Assembly (NCBI GenBank): GCA_965218435.1
Contig: CBDCKW010000009.1
Span: 416,001-480,000 of the forward strand
Length of the DNA stretch: 64,000 nucleotides
Source of the DNA: Truepera sp.
GTDB lineage: Bacteria > Deinococcota > Deinococci > Deinococcales > Trueperaceae
Reading direction: 5' to 3'
Part shown: positions 37,425-48,175 of the stretch, one piece after another
How positions within the stretch are numbered: position 1 is the first letter of the stretch
Layout of the letters: each line of letters starts with the position of its first letter
Notes under the pieces: model-generated
What the model was told of the DNA's origin: nothing
The model's database searches: none
What the model saw: only the letters and a program-made list of their open reading frames with translations
Position numbers and translations under genes: made by a program

Positions 37425-38135
37425 CTAGAGAGGCTCGCTCGCGGCGGTTGAGCCTTCGACCCACTGCTGACCTTCGGGGGTGGCCTCGAGCTTCCATACC
37501 GGTAACAGCTCTTTAAGCCGGTCTATAGCAGCGTGCGTGGCTAACAGCGCCGCTTGGCGGCGTTTAGACGACACCACGATGATAATAGACGCCTCGCCCG
37601 GTAACAGCTTGCCGAGGCGGTGACCAAAGACGATTCGGCCCAGCTCAAACTGAGTGCGCAATTCGGTAGCGGCGCGCTGCATCTGCGTGACGATCATTGC
37701 CTCGTAGCCCTGATACTCGATGAACGATACGTTTTGGCCAGCGTTGGGTGACCGCACCGTGCCGAGAAAACTGCTTACAGCGCCGTATTCCGGACGGCTC
37801 ACTCGCGCCGTGCACGCAGCGATATCAAGCGGGGTTTCAGTTACAAAAAAATGGTCGGCTTCACCGTCCGCTTCCCCACCTTGTTCCCATATGCCCGAGC
37901 CGCCTGCTACCGGTGGGAAAAAAGCCAGCGTGTCGCCTGCTCCGAGGACTTCGTCCGGGGCCGCGTAGACCTCGTTACGGGCGGCGAGCGCCCCCTTAAG
38001 CTTAAGTGTAGGGTGCTCAGCTTCAAGCCTAGCAGCCGCGTCTCTGACGGTCGCTCCGTCAGGCAGCTCGAGCTTGACGGTTTTGTGCCCAACTTGATCG
38101 CGGTACGTTGCAAAAAAAAGAACTTCTAAGGTCAT
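37425..38135 (-). CDS. moaE: Molybdopterin synthase MoaD-MoaE fusion
   Basis: N-terminal ubiquitin-like domain ending PPVAGG, then MoaE motifs FLGTVR, HRLG and PVWK. Leaderless start at ATG 38135. Confidence 0.92.
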   Translation of the reverse strand: MTLEVLFFATYRDQVGHKTVKLELPDGATVRDAAARLEAEHPTLKLKGALAARNEVYAAPDEVLGAGDTLAFFPPVAGGSGIWEQGGEADGEADHFFVTETPLDIAACTARVSRPEYGAVSSFLGTVRSPNAGQNVSFIEYQGYEAMIVTQMQRAATELRTQFELGRIVFGHRLGKLLPGEASIIIVVSSKRRQAALLATHAAIDRLKELLPVWKLEATPEGQQWVEGSTAASEPL

Positions 38136-38147
38136 CAAGTAAGCGTA

Positions 38148-39089
38148 TCAGTTAGGTTCGCGGGTTGTGGCGGTGAGCGTTTCAGTGACGCCGCGGGCGA
38201 TCATCAAGGTTTCCGGGTAACGCATCCGTATCGGCCCGAGTAAGAGCAGTCCGGCGCGACCCCCGCCGAACTCGAGCTGCGCCGACACGAGCGCAAGCGA
38301 CTCTTCGACGATCAGGGCGAGCGCCTCGGCTGCGGTCGCCGGGGTTTCCACACGTTCTAAAACCTGCCGTACAAAGCTCGGATCAGCCGATTCGGGTTCG
38401 CTAAAGAGGTGTTTGAGCCCGCCGGAAAAGACGCGCGGGGCGCTGACTTGGGGCCACGCCTCGGCGAGTGCCAGATAGGTACGGGCAACCTCACGCCCGG
38501 CACGTCCGGCGATGTCTAAGAGCGCCTGCGGCACCTCGCGGACCGGCAGCGTCAACCGGCGGAGGCTGCTTTCAGCCTCGAGTAGATCGCCGTCGGCGGG
38601 GGTAGGGGAGAGCTCGAGGGCGAGCTGCCGGACGAGGCCGTTCTCGAGCACTACGACCGCCAAGGTGCGGCGGCTCGAGAGCGCCGACAGGTGAACTTCT
38701 AAAATCTGCAATTCGTCATCGGTCGGCAAACTCACGACGACCGCGTAACCTGAAAGTTCAGCGGTCACGCTGGCCACGCGTTCTAACAGTCCTTCGCCGT
38801 GAGCGCCGCGAAAACTTTGTAGCAATAAGGTGCGCTGCGCGTCGGGGAGAACCCCGGGAGGTAGAAACTTACGGGCGTAGCGGTGATAGCCTCGTTCACT
38901 CGGTACCCGCCCCGCCGAGGTGTGGGGTTGTCGCAAGTAGCCTGCAGCCTCGAGCACCGAGAACTCGTTACGAACCGTGGCGCTGCTGACCCGTAACTGT
39001 TCGGCAATAACGGCCGACGATACGGGTTTCGCGGAACTGATATGACGTTCGGCTACCAATTCTAAAATCTGCTCGGTGCGGGCGTTCAC
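38148..39089 (-). CDS. hrcA: Heat-inducible transcription repressor
   Basis: SSATVRNE, QPHTSAGRVPS, GPIRMRY. Confidence 0.93.
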   Translation of the reverse strand: MNARTEQILELVAERHISSAKPVSSAVIAEQLRVSSATVRNEFSVLEAAGYLRQPHTSAGRVPSERGYHRYARKFLPPGVLPDAQRTLLLQSFRGAHGEGLLERVASVTAELSGYAVVVSLPTDDELQILEVHLSALSSRRTLAVVVLENGLVRQLALELSPTPADGDLLEAESSLRRLTLPVREVPQALLDIAGRAGREVARTYLALAEAWPQVSAPRVFSGGLKHLFSEPESADPSFVRQVLERVETPATAAEALALIVEESLALVSAQLEFGGGRAGLLLLGPIRMRYPETLMIARGVTETLTATTREPN

Positions 39090-39177
39090 CCTGAGCAGTC
39101 TACCATCTAGGCTCCTACACGAGCGTTTATGTGAAGAAAGTAAACTTTGTGCTAGACGCCGTTCGGCTTAAAGTGCG

Positions 39178-39345
39178 CTAGCAGCAGAGCTGAGCGGTCA
39201 TAGCGCCGCTTCGCTCGAGCTCACCTTCCGGGTCAAGCGTAAGCGTCACTGTACACGACGCCAGCAGCACAACTAGCAGCACAGTCAGCAGTAGAGTGTG
39301 AGGCTCAAGCCCTGCGCCGAAACGAACGGTGCTGAAGTGAACCAT
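39178..39345 (-). CDS. Possible very small lipoprotein or lipoprotein remnant
   Basis: Hydrophobic stretch ending in an LASC lipobox in a short ORF. Start uncertain. Confidence 0.25.
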   Translation of the reverse strand: MVHFSTVRFGAGLEPHTLLLTVLLVVLLASCTVTLTLDPEGELERSGAMTAQLCC

Positions 39346-39405
39346 CCCGCTCATCCTGACGCGTAGACGACGGGTGAGTCGCGAGCTGCTCAAGGGTCAC
39401 TGAAG

Positions 39406-40632
39406 TTAGGAAGGCTCCAGAAAATCCAACACGCCCAGCGTCAAGGTCTCGACGGCGACGCCTAAACTCTGCTCATCGAGGTCAAACCGTGGGTGATGGT
39501 GCGGTTTGTCGGCCCCTAATGCTTCGTTACGGCCCCCGACAAAAAAGTAGCATCCAGGAGCTTGCGCGAGCCAGCACGCCATATCGTCACCGCCCATCGT
39601 CCGAGCACTCTCCAGCACGTTTTCCGCGCCGACTACCTGCTGCGCGACGCGGTGGACCCTAACTGTCATCGCCGCGTCGTTGATGACCGCCGGGGACGTG
39701 TCTATCCAACGAAACGTTGCGGTGCCACGCGCAGCCTCGGCTTCAGCACGGCACAAAGTTTCAATACGGCCTTTAAGATACTCCCGCGTCTCCGGCAAAA
39801 ACGTGCGGAGCGTCCCTTTAAGTTCAGCCTTCTCAGGGATAATGTTATACGCCGTACCGCTGTGAAAACTTGTCATACTCACCACGGCGCTGTCTTGCGG
39901 GTCGGTCTCGCGCGAAACGAGGGTTTGTAACGTCCCAACGAGCCGCGCTGCGATGACGATAGGGTCTACGCAGTTTTGCGGTTTGGCCGCGTGCCCGCCC
40001 GATCCGTGAATGACAACCTGAAACGAATCTGTTGCCGCCATCGAAGGCCCCGGGCGCAGCGCCACCGTCCCGACCGGATAGTCCGACGAGAGGTGAAGGC
40101 CGATGGTTGCGTCCGGCGCGAGACCCTCGAGAGCACCTTCAGCGAGCATCACCGCCGCGCCGCCGACCGTCTCTTCAGCAGGTTGAAACACAAAGACGAC
40201 GCGGCCTGAAAGTTCAATCCGGCGTTCGCTCAAAATTTTGGCGACCGACAAGAGCACCGCTGCGTGCCCGTCGTGACCGCACGCGTGCATCTTGCCCGCG
40301 ATTTGCGAGCGGTAAGGCGCGTCTTTTTCGTCGTGAATAGGGAGCGCGTCAATGTCGGCCCGCGCCAACACCGTGCGGCCCGGTCTCGAGCCCTCTAATA
40401 CCGCGACTACACCCGTTTTAGCAATCCCGCGCCGCACCTTTAACCCGAGCGCCTCGAGCTTATCCGCGATAATACGGGCCGTCCTTACCTCTTCAAAGGC
40501 AGTCTCGGGGTGCATATGAAAATCGCGGCGCTGCACCACGGTTTCGTCAAAGACGGCGAGGGCCGCGTCGTGAATCTCGAGCATAGTTTTTGTGTCCAGG
40601 TTTGTGCCTAGATTTGTGTTTAGCGTGCTCAT
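39406..40632 (-). CDS. M20D family amidohydrolase
   Basis: RADIDAL, MHACGHDGH, FQPAEE, HHPRFD. Confidence 0.93.
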   Translation of the reverse strand: MSTLNTNLGTNLDTKTMLEIHDAALAVFDETVVQRRDFHMHPETAFEEVRTARIIADKLEALGLKVRRGIAKTGVVAVLEGSRPGRTVLARADIDALPIHDEKDAPYRSQIAGKMHACGHDGHAAVLLSVAKILSERRIELSGRVVFVFQPAEETVGGAAVMLAEGALEGLAPDATIGLHLSSDYPVGTVALRPGPSMAATDSFQVVIHGSGGHAAKPQNCVDPIVIAARLVGTLQTLVSRETDPQDSAVVSMTSFHSGTAYNIIPEKAELKGTLRTFLPETREYLKGRIETLCRAEAEAARGTATFRWIDTSPAVINDAAMTVRVHRVAQQVVGAENVLESARTMGGDDMACWLAQAPGCYFFVGGRNEALGADKPHHHPRFDLDEQSLGVAVETLTLGVLDFLEPS

Positions 40633-41105
40633 CTGTCCTCCGGGTGTGGGTAACGTCCCAAGCTCAAGATAACGCGAAACTCGTTTTCGGTCAGCGGCGT
40701 CACGCTCAAACGGTTGCCCCGTTGCAAAATTTTTAAGCTCCGCAGCTCAGGCTGTTCCCTCAGCTCAGATAAGGGGACGAATTGCGGTAGCGCCGCGACG
40801 CCCCGAACTTTGACGGCGTCCCAGCGCGGCGCGTCTTGGGTAGCTTTGGCGTCGTAACAAGGGCTCTGTGCGTCGAACTGTGTCGGATCGGGATAGGCTT
40901 CATAGACGACCTCGGCAAGCCCGGCAACACCTGCGGGGTGGGTGCTCGAGTGATACACCAAAACAGCGTCACCCACGCGCATCGTCCGCATAAAATTGCG
41001 TGCCTGATAGTTGCGGACACCTTCCCAAAGGGTCGTGCGGGCGGGCGCGGCGAGCAGATCACTGAAACTGAAAACGTCCGGTTCGGTTTTTAAGAGCCAC
41101 GCCAC
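40629..41105 (-). CDS. EVE domain protein
   Basis: WLLKTEP, WEGVRNYQARN, YHSS, RLSV. Confidence 0.93.
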   Translation of the reverse strand: MAWLLKTEPDVFSFSDLLAAPARTTLWEGVRNYQARNFMRTMRVGDAVLVYHSSTHPAGVAGLAEVVYEAYPDPTQFDAQSPCYDAKATQDAPRWDAVKVRGVAALPQFVPLSELREQPELRSLKILQRGNRLSVTPLTENEFRVILSLGRYPHPEDR

Positions 41106-41112
41106 CGCCCCG

Positions 41113-41850
41113 CTAGTCTCCGGTGTTGGGCACAGGAATAGGTTTGACGGCAGGGGGCTCGTAATGAAAGACCTGAAGGAAAAACTGCATCACCGGGCCG
41201 ATCAAGAGGGCAAACAGCACCGTACCGAGCCCGACAGAGCCGCCCAGCAAAAACCCCAAAATGAGTACCGAGAGCTCGAGGACGCCCCTTGTGAGCCGGA
41301 TGCTCCGCCCCAGCTTAAGGGCGCTCCCGAGTACTAGGTCGTCGCGTGGCCCTGCCCCAAACCGCGCTGTAATATAAAGCCCAATTGCTAACCCAGTCAG
41401 CACAACACCCGCGACAAAAAGTACAATGCCCCAAACCCAAGCCCCTGTGGGAACCTCCGGCAGCCAACTCTGCGCTTGAAAAAAGTCAATCCAGGGACCG
41501 ACCAAGAGCATATTAAGCGCCGTCCCTAAACCGGGCCGCTGGTGCAGTACAAAAAAGCTAAAGATGATTAAGAGCAGCCCGACAAGCTGGGTAACGCGCC
41601 CAAAGGGTAAACCGGTGCGTTCGCTCAGGCCCTCGTGCAGCGCCGACCAGGGGTCTAAGCCGATGTGGGCGCGGAGCATCAGCGAGATGGCCAAGCCGAA
41701 GACCATCAGGCCGAGGTTGAGCTGAAACAGTCTGCGCCAAAATGAAGCGGTCGTAAGGGGGAAGGCAAAGCGGGGCACGCAGGCCAGTCTAAAGCGGCGT
41801 TTAGGTTTCGGGCGTTGCAGCGGTAACGCTCGAGAGGTTCGCCACTCCAA
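41113..41850 (-). CDS. YczE/YyaS/YitT family membrane protein
   Basis: GLDPW, GLGT, GAGPRD and GLGT duplicated motifs. Confidence 0.88.
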   Translation of the reverse strand: MEWRTSRALPLQRPKPKRRFRLACVPRFAFPLTTASFWRRLFQLNLGLMVFGLAISLMLRAHIGLDPWSALHEGLSERTGLPFGRVTQLVGLLLIIFSFFVLHQRPGLGTALNMLLVGPWIDFFQAQSWLPEVPTGAWVWGIVLFVAGVVLTGLAIGLYITARFGAGPRDDLVLGSALKLGRSIRLTRGVLELSVLILGFLLGGSVGLGTVLFALLIGPVMQFFLQVFHYEPPAVKPIPVPNTGD

Positions 41851-42061
41851 AGCCAGCTAGAGTAAACCTTAAGAAACTTAATGAATATGAGACCTTAAGC
41901 TTCGCTTAAGCTTCTAAATCTATCTTGACCCCACTAGCAGGGCACATTACCTAAATGCCTGATGAGGGCGGATGAGAGAAGGCGCGTTGGACGAGGCTAT
42001 AGCGGTGGGGTCAGAGCAGTGTCGGGTCGGCTTAACGTTCTTGTCTTAAAGGAGCAAAATT

Positions 42062-43284
42062 GTGAAACGGTTTGGACTAATGGCAGGGGTTTTGACAGTA
42101 GGGGGTACTTTTTTCGGCGTGTAGTCAGGCACCTGCAGAGGTCAAGGGGGGGACTCGAGCCTCAGTTTGGTAAAAGTGGCTATGATTCGGCTACAGAGGT
42201 CGCTACAAACGCAGCCCACCCTTATATTTTTGCTGTAGGAGATTACGGCTCTGTTAAAGAGGGCGAGCAAGGCAGGAGTTTCTTACGCAGTTTCAACCGG
42301 GATGGTAGCTTGAGGTGGCAGCGCCTTATACCGGAGTTTGCTGGGTCTTCGTATATTCAAGACGTTGTTACCGATGCAACCGGAAACGTCTATTTTGCTT
42401 ACAACGGTGATACCGATCCTGCCCCATTTGCCTATGTATATGAAAATCACCTTGCTAAGTTTGATAAAAGCGGAAGGCAAATCTGGAACAAAATACTAAA
42501 CGATGATGTCGTGGGTCCGCTCGTACTAGACAGCAAAGGAAACATCTACGCGGCTACCAATGGCTTTGCGTCAAATCTCTACAAGTATGCTCCTAGTGGC
42601 AAAATTATCTGGGAAAGCGGTGTTCAAACTGATTTTTCTGTTACTCAACTGGCAGTTTCAGACAAAGACGAGCTGTTCGTCATGGGTGACGATTACAGCC
42701 ATTACAACTCGAGCACGGGTCAAGGCTATATTCGCCGCGTACTTCGGAAGCATGATTCTGGATACAGGCTCAAATTCGAGCGTAGCTTCGCGAGAGACTC
42801 AGGTGTTTACGGCATGGCGGTCGGGGGAAGTTCTGTCTACGTTGCTTACGGAGATGAAGGTTCTCCGGGCGTTCCTATAAATGTCAAAAGATATAACACT
42901 TCGGGCAAGCTACTGCTAAAACGTGCCCTCACCACAGGCGTTAAGGATTACACCGGAGTCAGAGGGGTAGGTGCGGACGAAGCTGGCAACCTCTATCTCG
43001 CGGGCTTCATCTACAGCGACAATCCCAAAAGCACCAACCCTTATGACACCTACGAAGATAACGTCTTTGTAAGCAAATTCTCGCCTTCACTTCGTCACGC
43101 ATGGACGTATAACCCTAAGCTCCTTGGAAATAATGAGGCGGCATTTGGGGTAGCCTCCAGAACACCTGACGAAATTTATGCGGTAGGTAGAAGTGACGGC
43201 AAGATTAACGGCAGAAATAACGGTGGTGATGACGCTTTTCTCCTCCGTCTCAATAGCAAAGGCCAAAAGGTCTGGGAACGCTAA
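42062..43284 (+). pseudogene. Beta-propeller (SBBP-repeat-like) lipoprotein with signal peptide out of frame
   Basis: AAGGAG SD plus GTG 42062 gives MKRFGLMAGVLTVG. The lipobox FSAC and the propeller body are reached only by removing one G from each of G5 (42101) and G7 (42146). Repeats include DATGNVY, DSKGNIY and DEAGNLY. Confidence 0.7.
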
Positions 43285-43299
43285 CCCTCTACTTTAAGC

Positions 43300-43328
43300 A
43301 AAAAGCTCCGGTTTGCGCCGGAGCTTTT
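43300..43328. terminator. Bidirectional intrinsic terminator
   Basis: AAAAAGCTCCGG-TTTGCG-CCGGAGCTTTT between convergent genes. Confidence 0.85.
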
Positions 43329-43329
43329 C

Positions 43330-44859
43330 TTATTCCCACTCAATCGTCCCTGGCGGCTTACTGGTGATGTCATAGACCACCCGGTTCACTTCCGGCACAC
43401 TGTTAACAATCCGGTTAGAGACGATGGCTAAAAAGTCGTGCGGCAGGCGCGTCCAGTCGGCGGTCATCCCGTCAACCGAAGACACAGCCCGGAGCGCGAC
43501 GGTGTTGGCGTAGGTGCGCTGGTCGCCCATCACGCCGACGGACATGATAGGCGTCAGGACGGCTAAGGCTTGCCAGGTGTCGTCGTAAAGCCCGAACTCG
43601 CACAGGGCCGAGATGAAGATATCGTCCACACGGCGTAACACCTCGAGCCGCTCCGGGGTCACCTCACCGAGGCAGCGAATGGCGAGCCCCGGCCCCGGAA
43701 ACGGATGACGGCCCGCCAACGCCGGGGGCAAGCCTAACAGCGCCGCGAGTTCGCGCACTTCGTCTTTGAACAACGTACGAAAGGGCTCGAGCAACCGAAA
43801 CTGCATTTCAACCGGTAAGCCGCCGACGTTGTGGTGCGATTTGATGTTCGCCGCGCCGTGCCCGCCCGCTGATTCGATGACGTCCGGGTAGAGCGTGCCC
43901 TGCGCCAAAAAGCGGATCGGACCCTCCGCTTGTTTGCGTTTAACCACCTCGTCAAACACCTCGATAAACTCGCGCCCGATAATTTTACGTTTTTGTTCGG
44001 GGTCGTCTACGCCGATCAGCGCCTCTAAAAATGTCTCCGAGGCGTTGACGACCGTCAGGTTCATACCGACGCCGCGCAGGGCTTTTTCGACCTCTTGGGC
44101 TTCGCCGGTACGGAGTAAGCCGTGATCTACAAAGACGGCCTTGAGCCTCTCGCCGAGCGCCCGGTTGAGTAACAGGCCGAGGGTGCTCGAGTCCACCCCG
44201 CCCGAAATCGCCAACAAGACTCGTTCATCTTTGACCTTCGCTTTGACCTCACGGGTGAGGGACTCGAGGATGTGTTCGGGCGTCCAGTCGCGGGTGATAC
44301 TGGTGCGCCTGACAAAGTTTTCTAAGAGCGTCCGGCCTTTAGGCGTGTGCTGCACTTCCGGGTGAAACTGCATACAGTACACGCCCCGCGCGGAGCTCTC
44401 CATCGCGGCAATTTCCGTATCTTGCGTGCTGGCGACGACTTCAAACCCCGGCGGCAAACGCATCACCGAGTCGCCGTGACTCATCCACGCGACAAAATCC
44501 CCCTCGACCCCGCTGAACAGCTCACCCCGGTAGCCCGACAAGAGCGCCTTGCCGTACTCACGGACGCGGCTCGCGGTGACCTTGCCGCCCGCCGCCTGCG
44601 CGACGAGTTGCATCCCGTAGCAGATGGCAAAAATCGGCAGACGCGCCTCTAGCAAGCCCTCGGGAAGACCCGGTGCGCCCTCGTCGTAGACGCTGCCGGG
44701 ACCACCTGAAAGGACGACGCCCCGAGGATTTTGGGCCAAAATATCGTTTAGCGTCGCGTCAGCCTCTAAAATAACGGAAAAGACATTGAGTTCACGGAGC
44801 CGCCGCGCGATCAGGCGCGTGTACTGAGAGCCGTAGTCGAGGACGACGATACTAGCCAT
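43330..44859 (-). CDS. guaA: GMP synthase (glutamine-hydrolysing)
   Basis: [40 protein letters not shown]. Confidence 0.97.
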   Translation of the reverse strand: MASIVVLDYGSQYTRLIARRLRELNVFSVILEADATLNDILAQNPRGVVLSGGPGSVYDEGAPGLPEGLLEARLPIFAICYGMQLVAQAAGGKVTASRVREYGKALLSGYRGELFSGVEGDFVAWMSHGDSVMRLPPGFEVVASTQDTEIAAMESSARGVYCMQFHPEVQHTPKGRTLLENFVRRTSITRDWTPEHILESLTREVKAKVKDERVLLAISGGVDSSTLGLLLNRALGERLKAVFVDHGLLRTGEAQEVEKALRGVGMNLTVVNASETFLEALIGVDDPEQKRKIIGREFIEVFDEVVKRKQAEGPIRFLAQGTLYPDVIESAGGHGAANIKSHHNVGGLPVEMQFRLLEPFRTLFKDEVRELAALLGLPPALAGRHPFPGPGLAIRCLGEVTPERLEVLRRVDDIFISALCEFGLYDDTWQALAVLTPIMSVGVMGDQRTYANTVALRAVSSVDGMTADWTRLPHDFLAIVSNRIVNSVPEVNRVVYDITSKPPGTIEWE

Positions 44860-44904
44860 AGGGTCCTTTCGCGTGGTCGGCGTGTTGCGCAGCGTTCGTC
44901 CAAA

Positions 44905-46380
44905 TCACGCGTTGATAAGTTGAAGTGCGAGCAGTACCAATAAGGCGATACCGAGCAGCGTTAACAGGAGCACCCGCCGCCCGCCTCGGTAGAGCGTCGG
45001 GTCGGGGGCGCGGTCGTCAATGTCGTCAACGACCTCAAAATCGGGTTCGTCGTCGGCTGTGTTCGGCGCTGTGTCCGAACCGAACGCACGCATACGGACG
45101 TTCGGCCCGGTCTGCGTTGGTTGTGGGGCAGAACCAGGCGACTCAGCCGCCGGTATCACGCGCACAGCGGGAAGCCGAGTTGCAGCCGTGGCTGGCGATA
45201 TGGCAGGTGATGTGGCCGGTGCAGAGTCGGACTCTGAAGCTGACGCCGTAGACACTTTAGCTGCTTTAGGTGCTGGATTAGAGGTAGCGGTTTCAGCGGT
45301 TGCCTGGGTAGTTGGCGCTTTGGATGACGGCTGCGCGTTGCCGTGCTGAGCCTTGTAGGTAGCCAAACGTGCCCGGTAAGCTGCGGTGGCGTCGAGCTGT
45401 TTGAGCGATTCTTTGGGGGGTGGAGCCTTAGCCGACCCTGACTGCGTGTTGACCGGCGTTGGTAACGGGGATACAGGGGGGCTCGAGGTGGGCTCTTGTG
45501 AGGTGGCTTCCGGTTGGGGCGCGGCTTGAGGAGAGGTCTCTCGAGTGGACAAGACCCGCGCTTGTTGTCGCCGGTACTCCTCCAATTTAATCGTTTTGGG
45601 CGGCAGCGTCAGCTCGCTCAGGTTGTCTGCCTGAGCGCCCGTACCTTCAGCCGCATCGTCCGCGTAGCCGCCACGGTCATCGGTGCTGTAATCGGCGTAC
45701 TGTTCAAACGCCGAGGTGTCGCGGTGAGCTTGCCGGTTGGGTCTTGGGGCGGCGTTGCCGAACGGATAACGTTCCAAAGCTGCGCACACCTCGCGGGCGT
45801 GTGGGCGTTCTTTAGGGTCGGCGCTTAAACAACGGTCGAGTAGGTCGCGCAGATCACCCGGAAGCGGCCCGGAAAGGTGCTTGATTGTCCTGGCCCACGA
45901 AAAGATGTCTCCGGAGAACGACGCACCGCCGATCCGTTCCGGGGCGCTGAACTCGCTCGGGCGTACGGGCCACGGCACCCCGTAGCCTTCCAAGACAAAC
46001 CGTCCCGACGCTCCCGCTTCGCGGTCAAAAAAGACGCGTTCGGGCGACAGGTCACCGTGAATGACCCCGGCTCTGGCCGCGTCGTCTAAGGCCGCCGCCG
46101 TTTCGCGTAACAGCGCCTCGACCTGCTTGGGTTCGACCGCGCCTTTAAGCCGCCTAAACTCGCCCGAAAAGGCGCTCACGACCTCCCCGGCGGTGCCGGT
46201 AAACGTTGTGCTCAAAACCGGGGGAATAAAGTTCGAACGCAACTCTCCCTCGCGGCTCGTCGGCTCGCCCATAAAGCTATATAAACGCACCGGCAGACCG
46301 TTGACCGCGTCACGTCCGGCAAACGTCTGTACACCGCCCTGCTCACCGAGCAGCTCATGGGATTGATAACGTTTAGCCAT
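44905..46380 (-). CDS. Ser/Thr-kinase-like (pseudokinase) protein with low-complexity linker and C-terminal membrane anchor
   Basis: IHGDLSPE, APE, GDIFS and ERP subdomain remnants. Pro/Ala/Thr/Ser-rich tail. Terminal TM. Confidence 0.78.
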   Translation of the reverse strand: MAKRYQSHELLGEQGGVQTFAGRDAVNGLPVRLYSFMGEPTSREGELRSNFIPPVLSTTFTGTAGEVVSAFSGEFRRLKGAVEPKQVEALLRETAAALDDAARAGVIHGDLSPERVFFDREAGASGRFVLEGYGVPWPVRPSEFSAPERIGGASFSGDIFSWARTIKHLSGPLPGDLRDLLDRCLSADPKERPHAREVCAALERYPFGNAAPRPNRQAHRDTSAFEQYADYSTDDRGGYADDAAEGTGAQADNLSELTLPPKTIKLEEYRRQQARVLSTRETSPQAAPQPEATSQEPTSSPPVSPLPTPVNTQSGSAKAPPPKESLKQLDATAAYRARLATYKAQHGNAQPSSKAPTTQATAETATSNPAPKAAKVSTASASESDSAPATSPAISPATAATRLPAVRVIPAAESPGSAPQPTQTGPNVRMRAFGSDTAPNTADDEPDFEVVDDIDDRAPDPTLYRGGRRVLLLTLLGIALLVLLALQLINA

Positions 46381-46725
46381 GTTTCATCTCAGAAAATCGG
46401 CTGCCGAAAAACGGGAGTAGATACTGTCCACAGCTTACGCACCGGCATGTTACATACTCGCAGCTCACCCGCCTAGTATAGCCCCAACTCGGGCCACTTC
46501 AGAAGCGACGCGGCGCTCGGCTGGTTGCTCAGGCCACCACAGCTGCTACCACAGCTCCAAAGACAGACAACAGACAAAGGCGCTAAGCTCCAAGCTGTTC
46601 TAAAACGTTCACCTCAAACGCAGTGGGTATCTCTAAATGGTGATATGTTTTTCTCACTTCAACCGTTTAGCCAAGCAGGTGTTGCAGACCCTTGTGGGGG
46701 CGGGTTGAAAGGGTTAGCGTACCTT

Positions 46726-47790
46726 ATGGCAGGTTTAGAAACACCCTCTGAAAAAGCGTTACTTGACGCGCTCCGTACCGTCAACGATCCTGAGCTGCAC
46801 CGCGACCTGGTAAGCCTCGGGATGATTAAAGACCTGAGTATCAGCGGCGGCGAAGTGACGCTGACCGTCAACCTCACTACGCCCGCTTGCCCGATGAAAG
46901 CGCAGATCGAACGTGACGTGCGCACCGCCCTAGCTCGCGTTCCTGACGTCCACAAGGTCAATTTATCGTTTGACGCGCAAGTTCGGGCGTCAGCGCAAAA
47001 AGAGCTGCCCGGCGTGAAAAACGTCATCGCCGTAGGGTCGGGTAAAGGCGGCGTCGGGAAGTCTACGGTGGCGGCGAACTTGGCGGCGAGTTTGGCGTTA
47101 GAAGGGGCCGATGTCGGCCTCTTGGACGCCGACATCTACGGGCCGAGCCAAGCCAAGATGTTCGCCGTCGAAGGCAAACGCCTGATGGCCGACGACGAAA
47201 AACGTATCTTGCCGCTGCGTAACTACGGCGTCAAAGTGATTTCGATTGCCAACCTGGTTGAAGACGGTCAAGCCCTCACCTGGCGTGGCCCGATTTTGCA
47301 CGGCACGCTGACGCAGATGCTCAAACAGACTGTTTGGGGCGAGCTCGACTATCTGATCGTAGATTTGCCCCCCGGTACCGGCGACGTGCAGCTTTCGCTC
47401 GCACAACTCGTCCCGCTGACGGGCGCAGTGATGGTGACGACGCCGCAAGACGTGGCCCTCTTAGACGTGCGCCGCGCCTACACGATGCTCCGCAAAACGC
47501 ACGTGCCGGTGTTGGGCATTATCGAAAACATGTCGTACTACGAACTACCGGACGGCTCCCGCGATTACATCTTCGGTGAGGGTGGCGCGGCCAAATTTGC
47601 CGACGCCGAGCGGCTCGCGCTCCTCGGGCAGATTCCGGTTACGCGGGCGATGCGCGAAGCGGGGGACGCTGGCGAACCGCTCGTGGTGTCGTCACCCGAC
47701 TCGCCGGACGCACAGGCACTGCGCAAAGCAGCCCGCGTGTTAGCTGGTCAAATCAGTATTCAGAATCTCAACGCGTTGCCGGTGCTTTAA
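46726..47790 (+). CDS. mrp: Mrp/ApbC (NBP35) Fe-S carrier ATPase
   Basis: DPEL...LTTPACP domain, GKGGVGKS, DADIYGPS, DLPPGTGD. Start at ATG 46726, 5 nt after TAGCGT. Confidence 0.93.
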   Translation: MAGLETPSEKALLDALRTVNDPELHRDLVSLGMIKDLSISGGEVTLTVNLTTPACPMKAQIERDVRTALARVPDVHKVNLSFDAQVRASAQKELPGVKNVIAVGSGKGGVGKSTVAANLAASLALEGADVGLLDADIYGPSQAKMFAVEGKRLMADDEKRILPLRNYGVKVISIANLVEDGQALTWRGPILHGTLTQMLKQTVWGELDYLIVDLPPGTGDVQLSLAQLVPLTGAVMVTTPQDVALLDVRRAYTMLRKTHVPVLGIIENMSYYELPDGSRDYIFGEGGAAKFADAERLALLGQIPVTRAMREAGDAGEPLVVSSPDSPDAQALRKAARVLAGQISIQNLNALPVL

Positions 47791-47871
47791 CAGATTGAAC
47801 AAAGGGAAAGGGGCTCGAGCCCTCTCCCCCTAAAACCTCGCTTACACCCTATACATTTTGCTATACTTCAG

Positions 47872-48174
47872 GGGCGTTGAGCGGGAAGAGTAGCTTGCGA
47901 ACGTCTTACCAGAGAGCTTAGGTGACGCGCTGAGAGCCTAAGCAAGAAACGAGCAGGTGAACGTCGCCCGTGAGCAGGGGAAGAAAGGCTTTGTAAGCTG
48001 ATTAGACCTCCCGGTGGCTGCCTGTCGCAGCCTGAAAGAAGTGCTTAGCTGTATCAGTTGGTCATAGCAGTAAGTCATAGCCGCTACTGATACCTCTAAG
48101 AAATGCGGTGGTACCGCGGGGATCGCCTCGTCCGCAGTGTTCGGCTTAATAGCCACGTGTGGAGGAGGTTTTTT
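47872..48174 (+). promoter_or_regulatory. Valine T-box riboswitch
   Basis: AGTA box, AGAGAG bulge, GCTGAG loop, specifier GTC at 47963, and T-box GGTGGTACCGCG at 48107. Terminator CCTCGTCCGCA/TGTGGAGGAGG plus T6. Extended -10 TGcTATACT upstream. Confidence 0.88.
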
Positions 48175-48175
48175 A

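Noticed and set aside
41962..42061. Annotated N-terminus of the 440-aa propeller ORF
   Set aside because: It lacks an SD and signal peptide. A better SD/GTG/lipobox exists in other frames at 42049-42125.
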